Positions 1-11,700 of a stretch of DNA of 64,000 bases are shown piece after piece. The stretch is from Bugula neritina. Lineage: Eukaryota; Animalia; Bryozoa. Location: positions 6,925,929-6,989,928 of the forward strand of contig OZ037769.1 in the NCBI GenBank assembly GCA_964035545.1, given 5' to 3'. The notes beneath the pieces are model-generated. The model was not told the origin of the DNA and did not search any database. It saw only the letters and a program-made list of their open reading frames with translations. Each line of letters starts with the position of its first letter. The stretch's first letter is position 1. The translations under genes and the position numbers were made by a program.

Positions 1-1
1 C

Positions 2-1612
2 CTGCTCACAACGTTCAATCTGGGCTTTTTTTGTCTGGTTTCTACTCCTGGTATTGTTAAGGATGGCCGTTGCTACAGCCATGTATTTCTCTATGTACCG
101 TTTCATGTGTGGCTCCATATCTACACTAGGGTTACCAGAGGGCCGCCTAATTCAACACAAGGCAGATTTAATTTTAATAATGTAATGGTAAGATAAAAGT
201 TATCAGCCTGTAATAGTATTATAATAGTTGCTCATATTGTAAGCTTCTCCCACTTATTGCATCTACATAAATACCGTGTTTTATATGATAAATCATTCAA
301 CCTAATAAACCAGTAAATGAACCACAGCTTTATAAACGTATACAAATTAGTACAAATTACGACTATACAGATAAGAGACAACAAATTAAGACGCAGTCTG
401 CTTATAATATTTATTTGTTGCGACACACATGCTCAACACTGAGCCATTAACTAAATCAGGTAGAGCGTTTAGTCCAAAGCAATGTGATAACAGTTTACAT
501 TTTAAGAATCAATATAAATCTGTGAGTTAGCCTGAAGTTAGTTGTGTGCTTACCACACGGTGTCAAATGTCATTGGCTCTGAGTCTATCAACACGTTAAG
601 TTCGTTTAAAGACTCGACTATTTCCGTGTCAAAGAAAAGATCTTGTATGGTATCCTAGAAAATATGGCATAAATAAAACTGACACAAGTTTATAGTCACT
701 ATCTCTGTGAGAACCCCTGATGGAAAGGGTTTTTGTTAAATCAGGCTAAGGACTTATGCATATGTGGCACAGGAGCAATTATGACTGGATGTTCTTTCTA
801 ACATCGCTTAAAGCCTTTGCTAGGGATGGAGCTCATGACCTCAGTTTACTAAACTAGTGCTTTAACCCCAAGACCACGGCTGCTCCCTAGACTATGACAT
901 AAAAACAGATACAAAATAATGTGAAATTCTTATAATACAGAGTTAAAACAGCAGACTTGTGAATACAACTTTTCTATTTAAACAAGTTTGATAGCTCGAA
1001 ACAATGTCCTAATTTATCAGAGTCCTACTATATAATAAATGGAGAGAAACCCTGGAATAAGTTCCTTGCAAACACCAGTTTCTATACACCACATTTACTG
1101 TATAGAGTAAGCATTCTGGAGTATTTGTTTCAAACCTGCATTTTGGTAGTCAGGTCAGAAATTAGCTTTTGATGACATTCCTTTAATTTTAATGCTTGTT
1201 CACCTTTCATGTTAGGTAATTCTCGACGGAAGATGTCCAACCTGCATATAAATATGTTTCAAATAGAAACTATATAAAATTATAATGGATCAACTAACCA
1301 TTAAATCTTTGTCGGTACTTAAACACAATTTTGAAATATAATCTTCAATTTAAATATTCCGCCATACATTTTCCACAAATGAAGAAAATGCAGACAACCT
1401 ATAATAGTCACTTTGAGAGACTTATTTATCATTCTACATGCTTTTTAATTAACAATAGACAACCAACACATAGAAATGTACCTCATGGAGTATAAACACT
1501 GTGAAAGCACGTATTCAAGGTCTTCCCTCATCCTTTGAGCTAGTGGTAGTTCTTTCTCGAAATCCCCTGAATTAGGTCTCTTTGAGACTTCTGCAGGGGT
1601 CACGGACGGCAT
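2..1612 (-). CDS. PMF1: Polyamine-modulated factor 1 / Nnf1-like kinetochore (MIS12 complex) subunit, 3' end outside window
   Basis: GT-AG exons 1612-1482, 1241-1136, 654-554 and 146-2 join in frame (phases 2,0,2): MPSVTPAEVSKRP...LDIFRRELP...DTIQDLFFDTEIVESLNELNVLIDSEPMTFDTVWRPSGNPSVDMEPHMKRY.... WRPSGxPxxD after 'LNxLxxLI' is the Nnf1/PMF1 motif as I recall it. Confidence 0.7.
688..887 (-). mobile_element. tRNA-derived SINE, copy 1 (in PMF1 intron)
   Basis: Minus strand reads GGGAGCAGCCGTGGTCTTGGGGTTAAAGC... (A-box-like), degenerate B-box, then GATGTTAGAAAGAACATCCAGTCATAATTGCTCC and a tail ending GTGACTATAAA. Homologous copies lie at ~2424, ~26800, ~40620 and ~61914. Confidence 0.7.
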
Positions 1613-2423
1613 TGCAAGATTTCAATTCTAGAAAGGGTTATTGTACAATTAAGTAGCACCAATGTGTATACCTGACAAGAATAACATACATAATTGTATC
1701 CATTAAATCTACTAATATGCAAGAAACTATTACTGTGATTTTGTCTATGATTATTGGTCTATGATTCTGTTTAGAGCTTCATTCCTATTACCATCAGCAA
1801 TCTGAGTTTGACTAAAATAAGAAACATGCTAATCTAGCTGACAAGTTCTTCAAGGATTAATCTTTAAGAAAATTCAATATAAATTTACTAAAATCAGTCA
1901 ATAGAGAAAAAAGGCCAGTAGAAAAAACAAGGGGAAATTGTTAATTGTCTATCTGGAATATTACTGAAATAGTTTTGACATAAAAAACTATAAAAACATG
2001 TGCCACAATTATAAAAAAAATAGAATTTATACCGTGAATCTATATACTGTTGAAAGTAATTAGGCTGCGTATAGAAGTGTTTTAGATTATGATATTTTAA
2101 AATTTCAATATATTAAAAATAGTTTAAATATGTACTAATATTTTGCAAGTCTAGCTATCTTCAAAGTTAAGGCTGGTATACATATAAACGTTCTATTTAG
2201 ACTGTAAGCACATAAGTGCTTGTACAGACAAGAAAATGCAAAAACCTACACTAGCTTTGGATGCATTATAGCCACTATATGGCAATGGCTGCACAGCTTA
2301 GTGGCTTGAAAAATCAATAATTATTGGAATTGCTTTAACATTAAATTGTGATTCTGTGTTATCAATTTATGTAATTTTATCAGTTATTTAAGTAATCAAT
2401 GATTTACACACTATTGTGGCAAA

Positions 2424-2513
2424 GGTGCAATTATGACTGGATGCTCTTCCTAACATCACCAATGGCCTTTACTAGGGACCAAACAACTGACACAGTGTTA
2501 ACTAAGCTGCTCC
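2424..2513 (-). mobile_element. tRNA-derived SINE, partial copy 2
   Basis: GCAATTATGACTGGATGCTCTTCCTAACATCACCAATGGCCTTTACTAGGGA...GCTGCTCC closely matches 775-886. Confidence 0.7.
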
Positions 2514-2579
2514 ACATTTTATGTAATAATATATTACTAGCAATAATATATAAATACAAATACAATATTATCTTACTAG

Positions 2580-3300
2580 TAGCATAAGTAGTACACTGTA
2601 CAGTACTACTACTAGTACTACTACTACTAGTTGTACAGTAGCTGTACGAATAGTAAAAGACAGGAAGAGTATTACGAGTGAGTAGTAGTAGCACTAGTAG
2701 CAGTAGCAGTAGTAGCAGTAGTAGTAGCAGCAGGTGCAGCAGTAGTAGTAGCAGCAGGTGCAGCAGTAGTAGTAGCAGCAGGTGCAGCAGTAGTAGAAGC
2801 AGTGCTAATACTACTAGTAATATTGCTACACTTACTGGCCACTGCTAATGAAACTGTTTTTTGCTGCCAACTACTAGTAGCAGTACTAGTACTACTACAG
2901 CCACTAGGTCTACTGTCTAGTAGTACTAGTACTAGTAGGCAGCAGTACGACTATTATTGATACTAGTGACACTGGCAGTAGTGTTACTATTAGTATTACT
3001 ACTAACTATTGGTATTAGCATTACTATTACTATTAGTATAAGTAGTATAAGTATAAGTAGTATAAGTATAAGTAGTATAAGTAGTAGTAGTATAAGTAGT
3101 AGTAGTATAAGTAATAGTATAAGTAGTAGTAGTAGCAGTATAAGTAGTAGTAGTAGTAGCAGTATAAGTAGTAGTAGTAGCAGTATAAGTAGTAGTAGTA
3201 GTAGTAGCAGTATAAGTAGTAGTAGTAGCAGTATAAGTAGTAGTAGTAGTACTAGTACTACTGTACTAGCCTAGGTCTAGAAGTAATAGTAGACTAGTTC
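2580..3300. repeat. (AGT)n/(AGC)n/(AGTATA)n compound microsatellite field
   Basis: Visible trinucleotide and hexanucleotide runs; source of the spurious poly-Ser ORF 2957-3274. Confidence 0.9.
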
Positions 3301-5753
3301 TAGGTAATAGAGCTGTAGACTACTAACTAACTCAGTTACAAACTCTAAGCAGGAAAACTAGAGCGCTGAGAACCGATACTGATAAAATTATATTTCTTTT
3401 ATAACGTACATACTGATAATGATTGAGTAAGAGACAGAGTGGTACCCATAGTCACACTGATACTGAGTCATAGTCACACTGATCAATTTAAATTATAATC
3501 AATAAATAATTCAATAATCATTATGATCATCACAATCATAACCATAATGATAATGATAATGCTCATATTCATAATCATAATGAATAATTATAATCATAAT
3601 CAAACACTAATAATAATTGAAAAAAGACACATTCAGTTTCAGTGTTTTTGACTTTGACTTCAAGTTGTTATAGTGGTAATTTGCTAGTTAGATTTAGTGG
3701 CAAACATTGGCAGCGGTTTAGTTCTGTTGGCTGGCATACGATATTCATATTGGCTGTCTGCATACTGCTATCTGTATTGGACTGCCATTGTTCTACCAGC
3801 AGACAGCCATATCAATAAGCTGAATAGACACATTCACATTTAGTTTTGCAACAGCTGGACTTTACTCCTTACAATTTGAATTCCATAATCAATCGACATT
3901 AAGGATTAAAATTATAAATACTTTCAATTCATATCTCTGCTGCCAGTGTCTAGACAGCAAAGTTTGACGACCTGGAGCATTAAAGTAATATACTTATAGT
4001 TATACTGGTGAGTGTGTTGCAGGTGTGGCTTGAATGAAACTGAAAGAGAGTGTGTATGAGAAAGAGAGTGGAGAGAGTGAATTGAGTAATTAAAGATTGT
4101 GCAGCAGAAGACAATAGAATGTATTACTATTAGTATTAGTACTATTACTATTAGGCTATGTGAATTGTGAGTGAGTGCTGGTCTAGGATCATCGACAGCG
4201 GAGCACCCACAAATACCCCAACACGGAGTCTTAACTTCACCCTTACACAGTTACAGATTGACAGGAGCTGGAGTTAACTCACAGCCGAGCCAAGCAACCA
4301 GCACCAATCTACCTACCTCGAGCTCGCCTGAAGGCTACAACCCAATTATGAAGTAATAATTATATTATTCGCCTTCGGTGAGTTGCAATATCAATATGAA
4401 TATAAATAACTCTAAACTAAAACTGCATATCCCGATATAACAAAGTTTAGGTTTAACGTTTATATTACATCATTATTATTATCATTATTATTATCATTAA
4501 CATTTTGTTATGTAAAATATAGTTTACTACTTTTATTTTACAGTTTAAGTATAAAAATAAAGGAAGTCCCTAAAAATGTAATAATCAAAGTAAAACTAAA
4601 TGGCATTGCGAAGTGATTCTCATTTCCGTTTAAGCACTCATTGATATTTATAAATATAATTATTACAAAAATTCCCGCAATTTTGAACCAATTAAATTCG
4701 CTACCTTTTCAAAACATAGTGGCAAAACTTGCACGCGCTTGCGCTTACTAGGAATTTCCTTAGTGGGTTTTCGTTTATGGGTCACTCAAAATAAAACGGT
4801 TTAAATTGTTAAAGAAACATTTCACAATAGGCAGTAGTGTATCAATCTGATGTACATTATTATAACTTATAAAAATAAATAAGAATAGTGATTATGCGTA
4901 TTTTGTAGGTATAGCTGTAAGTGATCGCTGAGTTTTGTTCTTATAGTTATTCATTATGATTATGATAACTCAGATAAGCCATCAAATTCAATGATCATCT
5001 TCATGATCATAATGATAATGATAATTATTTTAAAACTGACCTTATGATAATGATTATCATAAAGTAATCATCATTATAATTAATATTATCATTTTAAGTT
5101 TATCATTATGATTATAGCAAGTTAAACCTAAAGTTAATCATAATGAGTTTAACTTTTACTTTTAGTTTAAGTTAATCTGTAATACTAATACTAATTGTAA
5201 ATAGTAAAATACTAAATATAACTAACTTGATCTTGAGTATGATTAAATTTAATATTATAAGATTAACATTTACTTTTACTTTTACATTAAGTCATTAACT
5301 ATCGGTTTATGACTATTTTTATAGGCATTATTATTATATTTACATTAAATTTAATACTTATAGTTATAGTTATATTTTAAGTTTATTATCATTATGAATA
5401 TAATATTAATTTACTTAACATTTTGAAAGTTAAATTTGATTGTATTTTAGTTTTCTAGTAATTGAGCTAGTTGAAGTTCAACAGTAAAACTATTAGTATT
5501 ACTAAAGTGGCAATGAAATTAGATGGTAGATGGGCCTTTATTTGACTGTTGTTGCTATCATTTGCTAAATATATTATTTTTGTCTAAACATTGATTGCTC
5601 AAGAGATTGTCTTGTGTTTTGAAGCAATACGATATAAAATCAGTTAATGAACATACTTTTGTGCAACCTAAGTAAAGTAATGAATAATGAGTGATTGCTA
5701 TCTTGTTGAGTATCACAACCAACTATTTCTGTATCATTGTAGTAGAAGTGTTA

Positions 5754-8700
5754 ATGATGCCACCTAAAAAGTGTGCATCTTGTGAAAAGACCGTATTTCC
5801 TGTAGAAGAATTGAAATGCCTGGATAAGGTAATTTTTATTTGGAATATTTCTTTGTTGCATTCAATTATGAATTGTCTATGCTCAGCAAAGTATTATGTA
5901 AATGTTTCTGTTTAAAATGCATTTCTGTGCAAAATATCCAGATTTTTACAAAAAAATACTTTGCTATACTTTTAGATTTGGCACAAATTTTGTTTTAAAT
6001 GCCAAGTGTGCAATATGACCCTAAATATGAAGAATTACAAGGGATATGATAAACTGCCATATTGTAATGCGTAAGTAATTTTCTTATGTACATGATATAT
6101 CTTGCAATTCCATGTGAACCTTTCAATCTTACATCAATGAAAAGTTTCTCAGATGCACAACTTCACGGTGACTCTTGTGTTTGAAGGGGGAGTCTAAGTG
6201 AGCAAAGAGCTTTATAATGGTCTGACCAATAGAATCTATTAATGTAATTACTGCGAAACTGCATAATAAAACTAATAAAAGTTTTCTTTTCAAATAGATG
6301 AATTACAAGTGGTGTGCTAACAACATTAGCTGCTAGCCACATAAAATAAGTTTATTTCTAGATTAGCACAGCTTCTTGAGATATTTCATTGTTTTTGTTT
6401 TGCAAAAAAGTACATATAAAAAGTTTACTTGCTTCAGTTCAGTAAAACATTATAGTGTTATCTCAACTCTTTTGTTTAAGTGTGTTTAAACCATAATTCT
6501 TTAATTGGTAGTTTAGCAAATTAGATTGCTCTACTTTTTCAGGTGAAATGTGTGGTGTAGTTATAGCTAGCAACTAAGCATTACGGGACTAAAATACTCT
6601 TTCAGCAAACAAGTTCGCATGGCTGCAACTCAAGTTCTATGCGGAAAATGTAATTATTTTGTGAAATTTTATCAAATTTTGTAAGGTTAGGTTACTCAGT
6701 TGGTTCTTTAAATGTTGAGCACCCAACTTTCTCCATACATCTGGGCAGATTTTCGGTATCTCCCCGGTGATTCTGATATTGAAGTAGGGTGATTTACGCC
6801 CTGCAGAATATACAGGGAATGTTATTCTCTTTCGTAACACCCCACTGACTAATGCTAAGTCAAAATGAAAGCATGATTTTAGCCATCATTTTCCTATAGG
6901 GGTGGTAAAACTTTTCCAGTCCCTATAGGCTTTCCTTATCTTTGATGCAATATAGTATAAATATATACTGTAGCACAGTTTTCCTTCAGGAATAACTATT
7001 ATCCTATAATATGCTTAGTGTTAGTTGTATTGTTCACCATGTGTTGAAATATCCAGACATTAGCTCACTCACTGTTGATGGACAGTTTTTAAGGACGGCA
7101 GCTGACATTGACCTGTCAGACTAAAACATTATCTCTTTGATCATTAATACAGATAGATAGCAGTTTTTCACAGCTATGTTGGCCTGTATAAGGAAGATGT
7201 CTAGCTGTTGGCATTTATACTATTGAGTTGTACTGTTGAGTTATGACTCTAATACTAACACTCTCTCACTCTAATACTAACACTCCAATACTCTCTCTCT
7301 CACTCTAATACTAAGTACTAACACTCTAATACTAACTCTCTCTCTCTCTAATACTAACTCTCTCACTCTAATACTAACTCTCTCACTCTAATACTAACTC
7401 TCTCACTCTAATACTAACTCTCACTCTAATACTAACTCTCTCACTCTAATACTAACTCTCTCACTCTAATACTAACTCTCTCACTCTAATACTAACTCTC
7501 TCACTCTAATACTAACTCTCTCACTCTAATACTAACACTCACTCTAATACTAACACTCACTCTAATACTAACTCTTTGACTATAGACTAAGATTCCTCTT
7601 TTGTAGCCATTATCCAGAGACTAAATTTACGGCAGTTGCGGACACTCCTGAGGCTAAAAGACTTGCCCAGAACTCTAAGATACAGAGTAATGTAAGTTGA
7701 TAGTCTGGGCATAGTATACTGTAGGTCTAGTATACAGCTCAATGTTACCTAGCTTAGCAGTAGCTTAGCAACCACCTGATAGTTGACAAAAATTACACGA
7801 TGGAGTTACTATGAGAAAATGACTCATATTATGTGCTGAATGCTAATTGGTTGAAGGATTATGCTTGGAGAAACAATGGTAAGGCTGTCCCTACACTCAT
7901 ATTATACAGAAAGGTGCTGACCCATTGGTCCAGTGTCGTTACTGTCCTTTCTCCCCGTTTCTCATACTTAGTGGATGGTTTGTGGAAACATTCAGTTATA
8001 TATTCTAAAGGGAATACTATTTCCTTGTCTGGTGTATACTATGACTTGAGATGTAAATTTCATTCAGCTGTCATACACCCAGGCTGCAATGGAGCATGTA
8101 TCAGTACACTAGTTGCTGCCCTCATTGCTGCCTCAAGTGTGCAATGCTTTGTAATGAGTAGTAATAAGGGAGAGAAAGTGTTTACAGCTAATTTATAACA
8201 TTGCTGCATACTTGAAACTCATTAGTTAATGAGTCACATTACTACTTGTATAAGTTAGTTCTTTCTCCATCAGCAGAGAGCTTGTCTTGTGTTAATCATC
8301 TCTCAGTTTTTGTCCGTATATTCAAGTTATTCTCTCCCATCTACTATAAGTACTCACAATAACAGTGTTTCTCTCCCCCTCCCTCCCATCTGTTCACAGT
8401 GAGTTTATGTATCCTTATATCTGGTGTGTATGTATCCGATGTGTGTATAGTGCAAGTATAGTGTATGTGTAGGTGTAAATGTAATGGATGTGTAGTAGTA
8501 TATGTGTAGGTGTGTAGTGTATGTGTAAGGGTAATATGTAGTGTAAGTGTAGTGTAAATGTAATATATGTGTAACATGCAGTCATGTGAAATCCTGCACA
8601 CTACCCCACTGAGTTAGTAGTAATTATGTAGAGTCTGCTATTTCTATTCTGCCAGTATGGATACAGTTAACGTATTACAAGTGAAGAAAACATTCAATCC

Positions 8701-11700
8701 GCTTCAATATTTGTAGGTGAAGTACCATGAAGAGTATGAGAAAGAGAGAGGTACTGTACTACGCTCTACCAGAAGCACTATATTTTGCTACTGTAACATC
8801 CAAAGTGGTTCTCTTGTGTTTCCTACTAATTTTTGTGATATTTTAATTTGGCTCTGCTGCACAGTACATATTGACCTACATGTGCTTATATTGTCCCACT
8901 GCTAGATAAAGCCGTTTAGCATGTATTTAAGAGTTGTGAACTTTTATTAGTTTGGTACTTTGATTTTTGGCTATAATTTTCTGTCAGCGGTTGTGCGTTG
9001 TTTAGAGTTGTGTGCTCTATGAGATTTCAGTCTACAATTTTTAGCTAAATCATTGCAGGTCAATACACAGCAGTTGCTGATGATCCTGAGACTCTACGAG
9101 TCAAGAAAAACATGGAGACTATTAGCAATATCTCCTATCACGGTGACGTTGCGAAACGACAGGAAATGGAGCGGTATAGACCTGATTATGATCGTGAGTG
9201 TTGTTTTGTTTATTGTGTTGCTATTCATTCTAATTTGGTGCAAGCAGACATGTAAGATAGACTAGTCTCATAGTATAACTGTCTAAAGACTGCAGTAAAT
9301 ATTTCTTGTATTTAATTTTGTGTAACTAAAATAGTCTTTAAATCATTTGTTTGTTTTTTGTTCATGTTATGTGTTGAAACTTTGTTTTACTGGAACGTTG
9401 AGTGAAATTTTGGAATATGATGTAACTTAATTCTTTATCAGCATGAAAGCTTGCTGCAGTTTTTGTTTTTGTTTGTAATATTTTAACTTGTGTTTCCCCA
9501 GCTATGTGGAGAGTGTCCAGAAAGTTTTAAATTTGGAGTTCACTTGTTTTGCTGCTTTCTTTCTCGTTTACTTTATTCAACTAACTTTCTCCACCCTCAA
9601 AGTACTTGTTGCAGTGTGCTGCATGTTTGTGAATCTGTCCATGTGTTTCCCTGGTTGTGTTTGTAGCTTCTGATGCTCCGCCTAGATCCTACCAAGTACC
9701 GCCCACTTCATATACAGCTCCGCCTCCTCAACACAGAATGCCTCCTCCCCAGTCGTATCAACGTATGTAATAAATGCACGTTTAGTCTGTGCCTGCATGT
9801 CTTGCGTGTGTATTCTGTACTTCACGGGGAACGTTGTAGCAGTACCAATATAGTGGCGAAATTGGTATTGATATATGGTAATCTTTTACATGGTTATGCA
9901 TTGCTCCCTCCATATCTCACCGTTCCATTTCTCACGAGATGGGCTTGGACCCTCATTGTGATTTGTGTGGCTTATGTATAGGTGTATAGGGACAAAATGG
10001 CTGAATTTAACAGATCCGTGATGTAAATCCGGTATCCTATTATGTCACAAATCGAGCTTTCGGGACCCACAGCTTATTGGGATACGGGGGGGGGGGGGAG
10101 CATTGTATTTTAATATTTAGCTCTGAGCAAATTGTTACAAACTGCACGAACTTTTGTAAAAGACAACTTTAGAAACTTGATAAATCTAGCTAAATACTGT
10201 GTAGGCAGTTTCACCACCAGACAGCTGTTCACACAACTTCTATATGTATTACAGCTCAGGATGTTGTCGATTATTCACAGCCTGTTGCTGTAAATATTCC
10301 CTATGATTATCGGCCCCCCACACAGGGGCCCAAGTCCTACTCCCGCCCTGTTGTTACTATCAATAAAGGAGAGTCGCAGGCTATAGGTAACTCGTGTGGC
10401 CAAAGCTTCAGCACGTTCTGATATGAAATAGCTGCGTGCATTACATGACATACTATTGTGTTGTGCTTTGAGTTAACATAGCGGCTGCCCGCACTCGCCA
10501 GGCAGCACTAGCATTCCACAGCTAAGAGTGTTTGTGTGAATTCCTCTGGTTTTATTTTACTTATAGAATTTAATCAGTCTGCTGTTATAGGGTCAAGTTT
10601 GTTTATTTTTGCTTTTCAAATTTAAATTATTTATCCGTGAGCCTTGCATGTGTCGCATGTTGTTTCTCCAGTGTGAAATATCTAGTTGGCGTAGAGGAGA
10701 CTGGTGGGGTAAATCATGGGTAATTTCTTTGAAGCATGCATGTCATTTGTATGCTATGTGTTGTGTTATAGTATAATATACTATCTTGCTCCGTTTCTAT
10801 GGCTGCTATCCCACCAGGTTATGATTTATTAAGAATGACTGGAAATCTGACACAAAGTAGGCTATTCCTATCTGTGGAGCTGAAGTTTGTTGTTGTCATG
10901 ACGATACACAGCCTAGTTACTGAACGCCATGTGACCATACAGTACCGACATGATTCATATATATAGGTTGCTCTAATGTTTCCTGCCGCCTGTCCTAATA
11001 CGGTTTAATATACTTACAGCTCAGCAGCCTATGGCCCCTCCCCCTCAGCAAGGATACGGTAGGAGGCCCGGCAGTGCCCATGACTACGACCCCGCCAGTG
11101 GCCAGTCTAGTTCCCCATATTCTAGTAAACCTCAGTCTACTACCGGGTACAGCTCACAAAATACTCCCCAAGGTACTTTCCAATGCTTATACTTACAGGT
11201 GTAACTCTTTTAAAAGTTAGCCATAACATGGTCCCTTTAAAACAAGATCTTATATCGACTTATGTTACCATAATAAGAGTTTGCCTTCTTTGAAAAATAT
11301 TTAATTTATCGCACCTGTATTGTACATGTATGCTAGTGACCCCTTTCCTTCTTTTCCACCTTCTCTGAATACTTACACCATGTACACACTGTATGCACTA
11401 TACACACAGTATGTACTGTACACACTGTGTTTACTAACAACAATACATTTAAAACACATAACCACCAATCACTAGCATGTAGTCCTCCAAATATCCTTTG
11501 CTGTGCTTTCCTTCCCTAGCGTACGGAAGCCGTAATTCTAGCTACGACAGTCAGAGGTCATCTCAAGGTCGTCCAATCAGCCACTCATATAGTGGCAGCG
11601 GTGGTGGTGGCAGCAGTGGTGGAATGCAATACCAGCAGCAATCAGCTCCACCATACAGTACCCCGAGTCAGTACCCCTCATACCCACACACACAGCACCC

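Noticed and set aside
2957-3274. Signal-peptide plus poly-Ser ORF
   Set aside because: Translation of the (AGT)n microsatellite; no ATG start or splice support.
4150-4380. Structured ncRNA or hammerhead ribozyme
   Set aside because: No CUGAUGA/GAAA core with supporting stems; better explained as a 5' UTR exon ending in a GTGAGT donor.
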